IMG/VR virus record: IMGVR_UViG_3300020294_000028
Location: 1-26,795 of that record
Length of the DNA stretch: 26,795 nt
From: a virus
Lineage: Duplodnaviria > Caudoviricetes
Strand: one strand, 5' to 3'
The position numbers and the translations under genes are program-made. The notes under the pieces were generated by a model that worked only from the letters and a program-made list of their open reading frames with translations, made no database searches and was not told the origin of the DNA. Shown piece by piece: positions 16,592 to 25,561 of this stretch. The stretch's first letter is position 1, and each line of letters starts with the position of its first letter.

Positions 16592-17312
16592 TGTATATTT
16601 AGAAGGAGAAATTGGTGAGAAGTTTGGTTCTCATTATTGTTTTCATGCGCCTAAAGTAAAAGACGCACTAAGATTGATTGATATAAATAATTCAGGTTTT
16701 AAAAAATATCTTTTAGAATGTCAGGATAAAGGAATTGGATTTGCAATTGATGTTGCAGGAGAGGAAATAGAGTATAACGAAGAACTTCTTTTACCTTTAC
16801 ACGAAGGAGATATTACAATTACTGCTATTCCTGAAGGAGGTGGTGGTGGTTTTAAAAAGATTCTAACAGCAGTAGCAATTGTTTTAGCAATTTATTATGG
16901 TGGCCAATATTTAGCTGGTAGCGAAGGGTTAGCAGTAGGAGAAGGAGCAGGTTTTGGAGCAAAAATGCAAGCAGCAATTGCGGAGGTTAATGCTGTAACT
17001 TTTGGAGTTGGTGGCTATGTTGCAATGGGTGTAGCCATAAATTTAGCAATGACAGGGCTAAATGAGATGATGGCTCCCGACCCTTCAACTGACGACTCAG
17101 AGCAAAGTTATTTATTTAATGGATCAGAGCAAAATGTAATTGAAGGAGATCCTGTTCCTGTACTATATGGACATCTACGGATTCCTGGACAACCAATAAA
17201 TTTTGAAGTTGCAAACACAGCAAGAGCAAATGATGCTGAAAATACGGCACTTGATCTAGGAATGAGAGGTCATACCATGTTAATGCGAACGCTAGCGAGC
17301 ATATCAATATGA
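16581..17312 (+). CDS. Tail assembly protein (lambda gpI-like)
   Basis: VYLEGEIGEKFG, ITITAIPEGGGGG, hydrophobic Gly/Ala helices, SYLFNG and EGDPVPVLYG. Confidence 0.9.
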   Translation: MQRNVYLEGEIGEKFGSHYCFHAPKVKDALRLIDINNSGFKKYLLECQDKGIGFAIDVAGEEIEYNEELLLPLHEGDITITAIPEGGGGGFKKILTAVAIVLAIYYGGQYLAGSEGLAVGEGAGFGAKMQAAIAEVNAVTFGVGGYVAMGVAINLAMTGLNEMMAPDPSTDDSEQSYLFNGSEQNVIEGDPVPVLYGHLRIPGQPINFEVANTARANDAENTALDLGMRGHTMLMRTLASISI

Positions 17313-20300
17313 GTACACAAAAAATAGCAAGAAGAGTTACATCGACAGAGAATGATAAACTTCTTTTAACAACTGGTGGCGACAAAACGTTTCAAAATGT
17401 TTCAGTAACTGATATTTTATCAGAAGGAGAAATAGAAGGTTTTGTAGCTGGTGGTGCAAGTATATTTCTTGATGGTAATCCCATGTTTGATGAGAGCGAT
17501 GCTCCTGTAAACCCCACCGCAGACAATTATGCAACAGGAAGTACTAGTAGTAATACTACAACAATTACAATGAGTAAAACTCTAAGTAATGTTACAATGC
17601 CAACAACAGGAAAACGTTTTGTAGCAATTCACGAAGCCGTTGAAACCACCGCACAGATTACAAAAGACGGAGAAATTACTGCCACAGCCTTTGGAGGGCA
17701 AGACGGAGTAAAGCTAACAATAACTGTTCCAAATGCTAACCCCGCAGTTTTTGTAGACTCAATGGTATATGATCCCGGAGAAGCATTAAGCTTCATGACG
17801 CTTGAGAACCTTGCTCATGGAGATGCAAGTGTAAAAGTTGTATTGAATAATGGAGAAGAACTTTTAGGATATTTGTCTGCTGTAACAAATAATCGTCAAG
17901 CAACTTTTTCGTGTGGGTACGTAAATGGTATTGAAAATTATATTGATTCAACTGAGCTTGATGCCGGTAATTCTCATCTTGTAAAAATTGCTGTATTTTA
18001 CGAACTTTCAAGTATTGCTAGTACAAGTCTTACGGTTGCTTCTGCACTAACTGTTGATTTTTCTGGTAAAGAGTTTAGTTTTACTCCCAGTACTGCATCT
18101 TCTTTTCCATCGCTTTCAGAAAGAAAATATCCCGGAAGTAGCTATCAATTTAGAACAGGAACTCCAACACAGCCTCCAATGCGTTATATAGGAGGCATTG
18201 GAACTTCAACAGTTGCTTTACAGTTTCCTACAGATAATCTTCTTCGAGGAACTACAAGAACAATTACTACAGGAACTTTGCCCGGAGCTCAAGTACAAGA
18301 AATTGACAGAGTTCGTATTCTTATAAATTATCCAAATGGTCTTTCTTTTATCAATACAGAGAGTGGTGGAGACGATCGTCCTGCGGGTGCTGGTTATCGT
18401 TTTGAAATTAGTGTAAAAAGAGGAAGCGGTAGTTTTTCTGCTTTTGAAAGTTTGGGAGGTAATTATGGTCCTGGTAGTTATAATGCTGGCTCTACGGATG
18501 CAACAGGATCAGAAACAATTGTAGGACATACGGCAATGAGAACATCAGCATTGGCAATAGAACACACAATTGATTTACAACCTTTTCAGCCATTTACTGA
18601 TTTTCAAATTAGAATTACAAGACTTACAAATCATGGAACAAAAGATGGTTCTGCTCTAGGTGAAGACTTTAGAACCGCACATTTTGGAGATAGAAGTGTA
18701 GTTTCTACTAGTGGAAATATGCAACAGTTTCTAACCTCTTTAGGAGGCAAAGCGGGAAAATATGTAACAACTGCAACTTCTATAATTTCTTCTGTTAGTG
18801 GAATTATTACAGAAAAATTAAATTATCCATTTACTGCAATGGTAAATGTTGGTTTTAACTCTAAATCATTTAATAATGTTCCAAAACGAGCTTATGAACT
18901 AAAAGGTTTAAAAATACAAGTACCCTCAAACTATGTAACTCGAGATGAAAGTGGAGATGTTAATAAAGCTACGTATAATAGAAGTACTTCTACTGGGCTA
19001 CCTGTAGTAGATGGATCAAATAATCCTCTCAACCAAGCTTGGGATGGCAATTTTCGTACTCAAAAAGTTTACTCTAATAATCCTGCTTGGGTATTTTATG
19101 ATATTCTTACTAATAATCGCTATGGCCTTGGAGAGTGGCTACAAACAACCGATATCGATAAGTATTCCTTATATAAAATTGGAAAATACTGTGATGAATT
19201 AGTACCAGACGGTAAAGGCGGTCAAGAACCACGATTTACAGCAAATCTTTATCTTACAAAAGCTACAGACGCTTTTAAAGTTTTGAAAGACATGGCAACA
19301 ATTTTTAGAAGTATTCTGTATTGGCAAAATGGAGAACTATACCCTGTCCTAGATGAGAAAAAAGAACCTATTTATAATTTTTCAAAAGCAAATGTAATTG
19401 ACGGAAAATTCTCATATGAAGGAACAGGTAGCAAAACTCGTATCAATCAATATATTGTAAGTTGGAATAACCCAGACTCTCAGTATAAATTAGAACCAAT
19501 AATCGTTGAAGATAAAGATGATATTGTTCGTAAGGGAAGAATTATACAGGGCACAGCTGTTGCCTTTGGGTGCACTTCTGAAGGTCAAGCTATTCGTTAT
19601 GGGAGGTGGAAACTTTGGACAGGTCTAAATCAAACTGAAGTTGTTAGTTTTAAAACAGGATTAAATGCTTCTTTTCTTGTTCCAGGAGATATTATTAATA
19701 TAACTGACAATGATGAATTCAATATTCCGTTTAGCGGAAGAGTCAGCGCATATACAGAAAGCGGAAATCCAGAGTTAACACTAGATCGAGATCTTGATGC
19801 ATTTCTTCCTGTGAGCGGTTATACTTATACTATTTCTGTAGTAGTTCCAAAAAAAGTTGCAATCCTCAATCAAGACTCGGCAACAGTTAATGGAGTTTCT
19901 TATAATAGAGGAGCTATTATAGCCACAGCAAAAACTGTTTCAGCAGTAGGAACAGGAACACAAGTTACTCTTATTAATGTTGATTCTAACACCACTCAAT
20001 TAAATGTTAGCAACGCTTTGGACGATAGTAATAATGCTCTTCATCTTATACTTCGTGACTCAACAATTGTTCAAGAGCGTACATTAACAGGCTCAGCAAC
20101 AGTTGGAGGAACAAGCGTTCAAGTTCCTAGTGCTGCTGTTGAGGGAAGAACGACTGTTCGCCTTACATCGGCTCTTGATGATGATACCTTATCTGATGTA
20201 ACAGAGTCAATTTGGGTAATTAGACAAATAGAGACTAGTAGCAGTAGTGCCACCGCATCTTCTCCAAAAGAATACAAGATACTTGGAATAATAGAAGACG

Positions 20301-23300
20301 AAGACAAAGGTATGTTTGATATTAGTGCTGTTCGACACTATAATGCAAAATTTGATGCAATCGAAACCGATTTTAATTTAGCAATTGAAGACCCTGTTTT
20401 TCCGCCAGAACCTGATACAAGCCCTCCTGCTCCTGCAGCTATACGAATTTTAAGAAAATTTAATCGTTTTAAACCTGGAGAAGAAGTAACAATTGAATGG
20501 GATAAGCCGCTTAATTATGATTTTGTAAAAAATTATGAAGTTACTCATAATTTTAATGAAGCTACACAAGTAGTGGTTCAAAATGAGACTGCTAGATCTT
20601 TATCTTTCTCTGGACTACCAGATGGTGTTTATTCTGTTTCAATTCGCACACGTAGTAATCAAAACAAACTTTCGGCTCCTACATCTCAAGCTGTAGATAT
20701 AGCGGATATCTTTGCCGAAGGAGAACGAATTTTTGGACTTCGAAAAGGGTGTTTCTGTACTACTGATATGAATATAACTACGGCTGGGAATTTATTCTTT
20801 GAAAATTCAACCTACAAGATTGGTCCACAAGTATCTGAAAGTAATACTGTAACTTTACGTACAACAAATAATCCAAGCAATGCAAATTCAACATCTCAGA
20901 GTGCAACAGCTCTTGCAAGTGATTCATGGGTAGGAGAAACACGATCAGATGGAAATCTTGCATATATCTATTATGACTACTCAAGTGCGGCTTCAGGAAG
21001 TGATGATATGATACGATTGGTATCTTGGAAACAAGATCCTACTCTTGCAAATATTAAATATTGGTATGATGCTGATAAGTATGCTGCGAACGTAGATAAT
21101 GTATGGACAAACTTAAGCGGAACAGTAACAGTTGCAGCAGGAAGTAATAAAGTTGTAGGCAGTGGAACTTCATTCTCAAGTCTTGATCTAACTCGTATAC
21201 TTAAAATTGGCGCAAGTTTTGCAGGAACAATTACAGGTATTGTAAGTGATACAGAATTATTTTTAGACCGTTCACCTGTAAATGCGATTGGATCGACAGC
21301 TCCCCAGGTTGATGAGTTAGGAATTGACTATATAAATGACTTTCTCCTTGGACAAGTTTCACGAGCTTCTTCTGGCGGTGCATACGACTGGAAATCTTAT
21401 ATAAATGTAGGAAAAGACAGTAATTTAACTACAAAATCTATGACTGCTGGTTTTACGATTGCACAATTGAATTATTCTGCAAACGGTACGATGGTATCAG
21501 TTTTTAGTAATATAAAATTAGCAATTCAACCAATTGGTTTTGAAATTCCTGAAATAAGAGTAATAGGAGCTGGGTTTACTCAAACAGATCAATCAGAAGA
21601 GAGTGGATTTACAGAACCTGATGTAACAGGAGCAAGAGTTGTAACCCTACATAATACTGCAAGTACTGGTAGTCCTGCAATAACTTTTACTGGAGGTGAT
21701 CTTGTTTTCGATGTGCAAGTACGAGAGAAAAATAATACTTCTATTACGAGAACGCAGTCATTTACTCTTACAAAGTCAAAAGCAGCAGCTACAGATAGCG
21801 CATCAAATTTTGTTGCTGAATTTACAAAACCAACACATACTTTCTTTCAAAGTTCTTCTGGAGTTGTTAGTAACTCTACAAGCTTTAGTGGTTCTTTTTC
21901 GGTAACAAGTGCAGGAGCTAGCTATACATATGCAGCGTCAGGAACAACAGATAATACTTTTAATATTACAGCAGGAGGAGTAGACGGTAGTGGTATTACA
22001 AATGCGAATCAAATAAGCATAAGTAATCAAGGAGTAGTAACACTTGCAAATAATCCTCCAATACTTACAAATTCATCAATTACAACAGGTAGCTTTACAC
22101 TAACTCTCCGAGATTTAGGAGACAGTAACTCTTTGATAGGAGTATTTACTGTTAATTTAGAAAAGCTTACTATGGTTACTCGTAGTTCGAGTAGCTATAC
22201 AATATCAACTGCAGACGTAAACGTGATGAATGAATACAAGGGAGAAACAACTTTTACAGATGCAGTTGCACAGAGTGTTTTACGAACTGTTTTACTCGAT
22301 TCAACAATTGAAGTGCCTCCAGATGGTATAAATAATGAGAAAAGAATAGTTCCAAATGATAGAATTACATTAAAGTATGATAGTGGAGGAGTTGTTAAAG
22401 TAGCTACTCGTATATTTACGGGCGGAAATGATAATGGAACACCAAAAAATGTAACAGATACTATAACAGAGGATATGTTTAGTTCTGTCGTTGTAAAAGA
22501 GTTCGATGGAAGTGTAATTGTTGATGGTACTTTGAGTGCAAATACGATTTCAGGAGGAACAATTACTGGAAATAGTATAAATGTTCAGAATAATCTAAAT
22601 TTAGATACTAATGGTCGTTTAATAATGCAAAACGACGGCGCTATTCACACCACAGGCAAAACTAGTTTTGGGCACGCAGCTCCAGGAGTATTTCTTGGTG
22701 GTGATGGAAGTTTTCATCTCGGATCTAATACTGATTTTCTAAAATATCAAAGTGACGGCACTGTAAGCATTGACGGCAGTTTGAAGTTGAATTTAACAGG
22801 AGATGCTGGCGCAGATTCAATAAGTATTCTACAGACAAATGAATCACACCTTGTGCCTACAGACGCAAATGGAACAAATGCAGACTTTACAGGATCAGGT
22901 ACAAATATAACAGTATTTGTAGGAGCAACTCAGTGTACTTTTGATGGAAGTGGAGCAAATACATTTTCTGCAAGTATTTCAAACAGAGACAATGTATCAG
23001 ATGCTGGAAATACTTTACTTGCAGATAACGATAAAACTTTTGTTGTTCCTGTAATAACTGCTTTAGATGACGATGCTGGAAGTAGAACTATTTCACTTAC
23101 AATAAGAGGAGCAGATGGAACACTGATTGGAACAGCTGGAGGTCATAAAACTGTTCAATCCTTTGCTCGATCTAAGCAAGGGCTTTCTGGTACTGGAGGC
23201 AAGGCCTTTAACAGAGTAGTTGGTCCAGGATTTACTGATCCAAACAGAGAAGACGGACTGAACGAAAACGCAGCAATAATAGCAACATTAGGAAGAGATC

Positions 23301-23602
23301 CAGCAAATGGAGATGTAATAATTCTAGTAAACTCAAGCACGAACGATCAAGTTGCTTATAAACACAATGATACTGAATTTGATGAAGTACAGCAATTTTT
23401 AAATGGAAGTCTTCTTGTTACGGACTCAATTACAACTTCACAGATAGATGCAGATGCGATTACTGCTTCTGAGTTAGCAATTTCTAATACTGCTAATTCA
23501 GGAAGTGGAATATTTTTTGACACTACAACAACTAATCTTAATCCTAGGATTGTAATTCGAGAAGGTAATGCAGAACGAGTAATACTTGGTAAGTTATCAT
23601 AA
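17309..23602 (+). CDS. Tip attachment / central tail fibre protein (lambda gpJ-like), 2097 aa
   Basis: DILSEGEIEG, LNYPFTA, WDGNF...YSNNPAWVFYDILTNNRYGLG, YCDELVPDG.GGQEPRF, AFGCTSEGQA.RYGRW, PGDII.I.D; FN3 domain at ~20420-20700; terminal RVILGKL. Confidence 0.94.
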   Translation: MSTQKIARRVTSTENDKLLLTTGGDKTFQNVSVTDILSEGEIEGFVAGGASIFLDGNPMFDESDAPVNPTADNYATGSTSSNTTTITMSKTLSNVTMPTTGKRFVAIHEAVETTAQITKDGEITATAFGGQDGVKLTITVPNANPAVFVDSMVYDPGEALSFMTLENLAHGDASVKVVLNNGEELLGYLSAVTNNRQATFSCGYVNGIENYIDSTELDAGNSHLVKIAVFYELSSIASTSLTVASALTVDFSGKEFSFTPSTASSFPSLSERKYPGSSYQFRTGTPTQPPMRYIGGIGTSTVALQFPTDNLLRGTTRTITTGTLPGAQVQEIDRVRILINYPNGLSFINTESGGDDRPAGAGYRFEISVKRGSGSFSAFESLGGNYGPGSYNAGSTDATGSETIVGHTAMRTSALAIEHTIDLQPFQPFTDFQIRITRLTNHGTKDGSALGEDFRTAHFGDRSVVSTSGNMQQFLTSLGGKAGKYVTTATSIISSVSGIITEKLNYPFTAMVNVGFNSKSFNNVPKRAYELKGLKIQVPSNYVTRDESGDVNKATYNRSTSTGLPVVDGSNNPLNQAWDGNFRTQKVYSNNPAWVFYDILTNNRYGLGEWLQTTDIDKYSLYKIGKYCDELVPDGKGGQEPRFTANLYLTKATDAFKVLKDMATIFRSILYWQNGELYPVLDEKKEPIYNFSKANVIDGKFSYEGTGSKTRINQYIVSWNNPDSQYKLEPIIVEDKDDIVRKGRIIQGTAVAFGCTSEGQAIRYGRWKLWTGLNQTEVVSFKTGLNASFLVPGDIINITDNDEFNIPFSGRVSAYTESGNPELTLDRDLDAFLPVSGYTYTISVVVPKKVAILNQDSATVNGVSYNRGAIIATAKTVSAVGTGTQVTLINVDSNTTQLNVSNALDDSNNALHLILRDSTIVQERTLTGSATVGGTSVQVPSAAVEGRTTVRLTSALDDDTLSDVTESIWVIRQIETSSSSATASSPKEYKILGIIEDEDKGMFDISAVRHYNAKFDAIETDFNLAIEDPVFPPEPDTSPPAPAAIRILRKFNRFKPGEEVTIEWDKPLNYDFVKNYEVTHNFNEATQVVVQNETARSLSFSGLPDGVYSVSIRTRSNQNKLSAPTSQAVDIADIFAEGERIFGLRKGCFCTTDMNITTAGNLFFENSTYKIGPQVSESNTVTLRTTNNPSNANSTSQSATALASDSWVGETRSDGNLAYIYYDYSSAASGSDDMIRLVSWKQDPTLANIKYWYDADKYAANVDNVWTNLSGTVTVAAGSNKVVGSGTSFSSLDLTRILKIGASFAGTITGIVSDTELFLDRSPVNAIGSTAPQVDELGIDYINDFLLGQVSRASSGGAYDWKSYINVGKDSNLTTKSMTAGFTIAQLNYSANGTMVSVFSNIKLAIQPIGFEIPEIRVIGAGFTQTDQSEESGFTEPDVTGARVVTLHNTASTGSPAITFTGGDLVFDVQVREKNNTSITRTQSFTLTKSKAAATDSASNFVAEFTKPTHTFFQSSSGVVSNSTSFSGSFSVTSAGASYTYAASGTTDNTFNITAGGVDGSGITNANQISISNQGVVTLANNPPILTNSSITTGSFTLTLRDLGDSNSLIGVFTVNLEKLTMVTRSSSSYTISTADVNVMNEYKGETTFTDAVAQSVLRTVLLDSTIEVPPDGINNEKRIVPNDRITLKYDSGGVVKVATRIFTGGNDNGTPKNVTDTITEDMFSSVVVKEFDGSVIVDGTLSANTISGGTITGNSINVQNNLNLDTNGRLIMQNDGAIHTTGKTSFGHAAPGVFLGGDGSFHLGSNTDFLKYQSDGTVSIDGSLKLNLTGDAGADSISILQTNESHLVPTDANGTNADFTGSGTNITVFVGATQCTFDGSGANTFSASISNRDNVSDAGNTLLADNDKTFVVPVITALDDDAGSRTISLTIRGADGTLIGTAGGHKTVQSFARSKQGLSGTGGKAFNRVVGPGFTDPNREDGLNENAAIIATLGRDPANGDVIILVNSSTNDQVAYKHNDTEFDEVQQFLNGSLLVTDSITTSQIDADAITASELAISNTANSGSGIFFDTTTTNLNPRIVIREGNAERVILGKLS

Positions 23603-23649
23603 CCACCTAAAAAATAAACCTTGACTAAAAACATGATTTGAGATATAAT
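23602..23649 (+). promoter_or_regulatory. Sigma70 promoter P3 with A-tract UP element
   Basis: TTGACT (23621-23626), 17-bp spacer, TATAAT (23644-23649), preceded by AAAAAATA; RBS GGAG before ATG 23670. Confidence 0.88.
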
Positions 23650-23669
23650 TTCAAAATGGAGAACTACAC

Positions 23670-24008
23670 ATGAGCGCAGGAACTTATAACTTAGTAATCG
23701 ACCAAGGCTCCGACTTTGCACTTGACTTAATCATCAAGCAATCTGGTTCAGCTTTAAATCTTAGTAACTACTCAGGTCGAGCACAACTGAGAACCTCTGT
23801 CTTGGCAAGTTCCGTCTCAGCAACTTTTACCGTGTCTGTAACAAACGCTGCAAATGGCGCTCTAAAGATGCAGCTTCCTGCGGCAACTAGCTCAAGTTTG
23901 GCTGCTGGTCAATATGTATACGACTTAGAAATATTTACATCAGCTGATGCAATTGTAAAACGAATTGTGGGAGGCAATGTTACTATCACACCAGAGGTAA
24001 CAAGATGA
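23670..24008 (+). CDS. Collar / fibre-anchoring beta-sandwich protein (T5 p132 / BppU N-terminal-like)
   Basis: 112 aa; YNLVIDQGSDF, LNLSNYSGRAQLR and GQYVYDLEI...RIVGGNVTITPEVTR; position after the tail tip matches T5 p132. Confidence 0.75.
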   Translation: MSAGTYNLVIDQGSDFALDLIIKQSGSALNLSNYSGRAQLRTSVLASSVSATFTVSVTNAANGALKMQLPAATSSSLAAGQYVYDLEIFTSADAIVKRIVGGNVTITPEVTR

Positions 24009-24415
24009 GCCATACTACATTAGAAATTACAGAAGATGTTACTGATGTCACCGCAACGGGTGATCAAATTACACTAAATATTACGGACGATGTCACCACC
24101 GTAGAAGCATTTACTTTAGCAGTTCCAACTACAATAACGAATACACTTCCAGCAGAGAACGTAACTTTTTCTGCTTATAACACAATTACAGCAGATAATG
24201 TTCGAGACGCATTACAGCAATTAGCAGATCAGAATTTTAGAAGTGCTTCAGCTCCTTCCGGTGCAAATGTTGGAGAAGGAGATATTTGGTACGATACAGA
24301 TGACGATCAATTAAAAGTCTACAGAGAAACAAGTAGCGGAAACTTTGCATTTGTTCCTATAATGGTAGGAAACATTTCACCTGACTCTGATACTATAGAC
24401 GCAGGCTCGTATTAG
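24005..24415 (+). CDS. Putative fibre adaptor / virion structural protein
   Basis: 136 aa, acidic and Thr-rich; ADNVRDALQQL, SAP...EGDIWYDT...LKVY, C-terminal IDAGSY; ATGA overlap with the previous gene. Confidence 0.65.
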   Translation: MSHTTLEITEDVTDVTATGDQITLNITDDVTTVEAFTLAVPTTITNTLPAENVTFSAYNTITADNVRDALQQLADQNFRSASAPSGANVGEGDIWYDTDDDQLKVYRETSSGNFAFVPIMVGNISPDSDTIDAGSY

Positions 24416-24426
24416 GAGATTTATAA

Positions 24427-25548
24427 ATGTCACAAACAATTAAAATCAAACGTACAACAGGCACTGGAAAAGATACAGCGGTCGATCAAGGAGAGCTGTT
24501 TTATGCTTATGGTACGGGCGGAACTTATGGAAAAAGACTTGCAATTGGTCATGTAAATGGCGGTGGAAATACTCCTGAGATAATTGGCGGTGCATTCTTT
24601 ACGGATATGTTAGACCACTCTGCGGGTGCGCTAACAGCAAGCAGTGCAATTCTTGTAGATTCGAATAAAAAACTTGACGAATTAAAGATTGGTAACACAA
24701 CCTCTGCAGGTCAAATCGAGATATACGAAGCAACAAATAGCGGAACAAATAAACTTACACTCAAAGCACCAAGTGCAATCTCAAACGATATTAGCTATAC
24801 ACTTCCCGGAACTCTTACTGATGGGCATTTTCTCAAGACAGATGCAAACGGAAATCTTACTTTTGCTGCTGTAGGAGGCACTCTTACGGTTGGAGCAGAC
24901 AGTGGTTCGAATGATACTGTAACAATTGGCTCAGACACACTAACTTTTGCAGGTACATCAAATGAAATTGAAACAACTGTATCGGACAATCAAATTCAAA
25001 TTGGACTTCCAAACAATGTAACAATTTCTGGAAATCTTACTGTATCTGGTACAACTACTACTGTATCTTCCACTACACTTACAGTTACTGATCCTTTGCT
25101 TTCGTTAGCAAAAGACAACGGTTCTTCAGATGCAATCGATATTGGATTCTACGGACTCTATGATACAGGCGGCACAGACAAGTACACTGGATTTTTTCGA
25201 GATGCAACAAACGGAAAGTATCGACTTTTCAAAGACTTACAAGCAGAACCCGGAACTACTGTAGATACGACAGGAACGGGGTACGCAGTCGGAACGATTA
25301 TTGCTCACTTAGAAGATTCAAGTGTAAGTATTACAGGCGGTTCGATTACTGGAATTACAGACCTAGCAGTCGCAGATGGAGGCACAGGACTTTCTGCAAT
25401 CGCAAAAGGATCGATACTTGCGGCAAACTCAGCAAACACTCTTACAGCAGTCGATGGAGGAGGCTCCACGGATAAAATGTTATTATACACAGCATCGTCA
25501 GATACGATTTCATGGTCAAACTCTATAGACGGCGGCACATATTCTTAA
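24427..25548 (+). CDS. Putative tail fibre protein with Mtd-N-like N-terminal domain
   Basis: 373 aa, G/T/S-rich; IKIKR...GELFY N-terminus, GNLTVSGTTTTV, TDLAVADGGTG and C-terminal IDGGTYS; RBS AGGAG. Confidence 0.72.
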   Translation: MSQTIKIKRTTGTGKDTAVDQGELFYAYGTGGTYGKRLAIGHVNGGGNTPEIIGGAFFTDMLDHSAGALTASSAILVDSNKKLDELKIGNTTSAGQIEIYEATNSGTNKLTLKAPSAISNDISYTLPGTLTDGHFLKTDANGNLTFAAVGGTLTVGADSGSNDTVTIGSDTLTFAGTSNEIETTVSDNQIQIGLPNNVTISGNLTVSGTTTTVSSTTLTVTDPLLSLAKDNGSSDAIDIGFYGLYDTGGTDKYTGFFRDATNGKYRLFKDLQAEPGTTVDTTGTGYAVGTIIAHLEDSSVSITGGSITGITDLAVADGGTGLSAIAKGSILAANSANTLTAVDGGGSTDKMLLYTASSDTISWSNSIDGGTYS

Positions 25549-25561
25549 TAGGAGATAGCAG

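Noticed and set aside
17255-17312. Possible frameshift or alternative start at the gpI/gpJ junction (GAGAGG before an ATG in the gpI frame; gpJ frame open 18 codons upstream)
   Set aside because: No slippery heptamer is evident and the ATGA overlap at 17309-17312 gives ordinary translational coupling; a read-level check would settle it.
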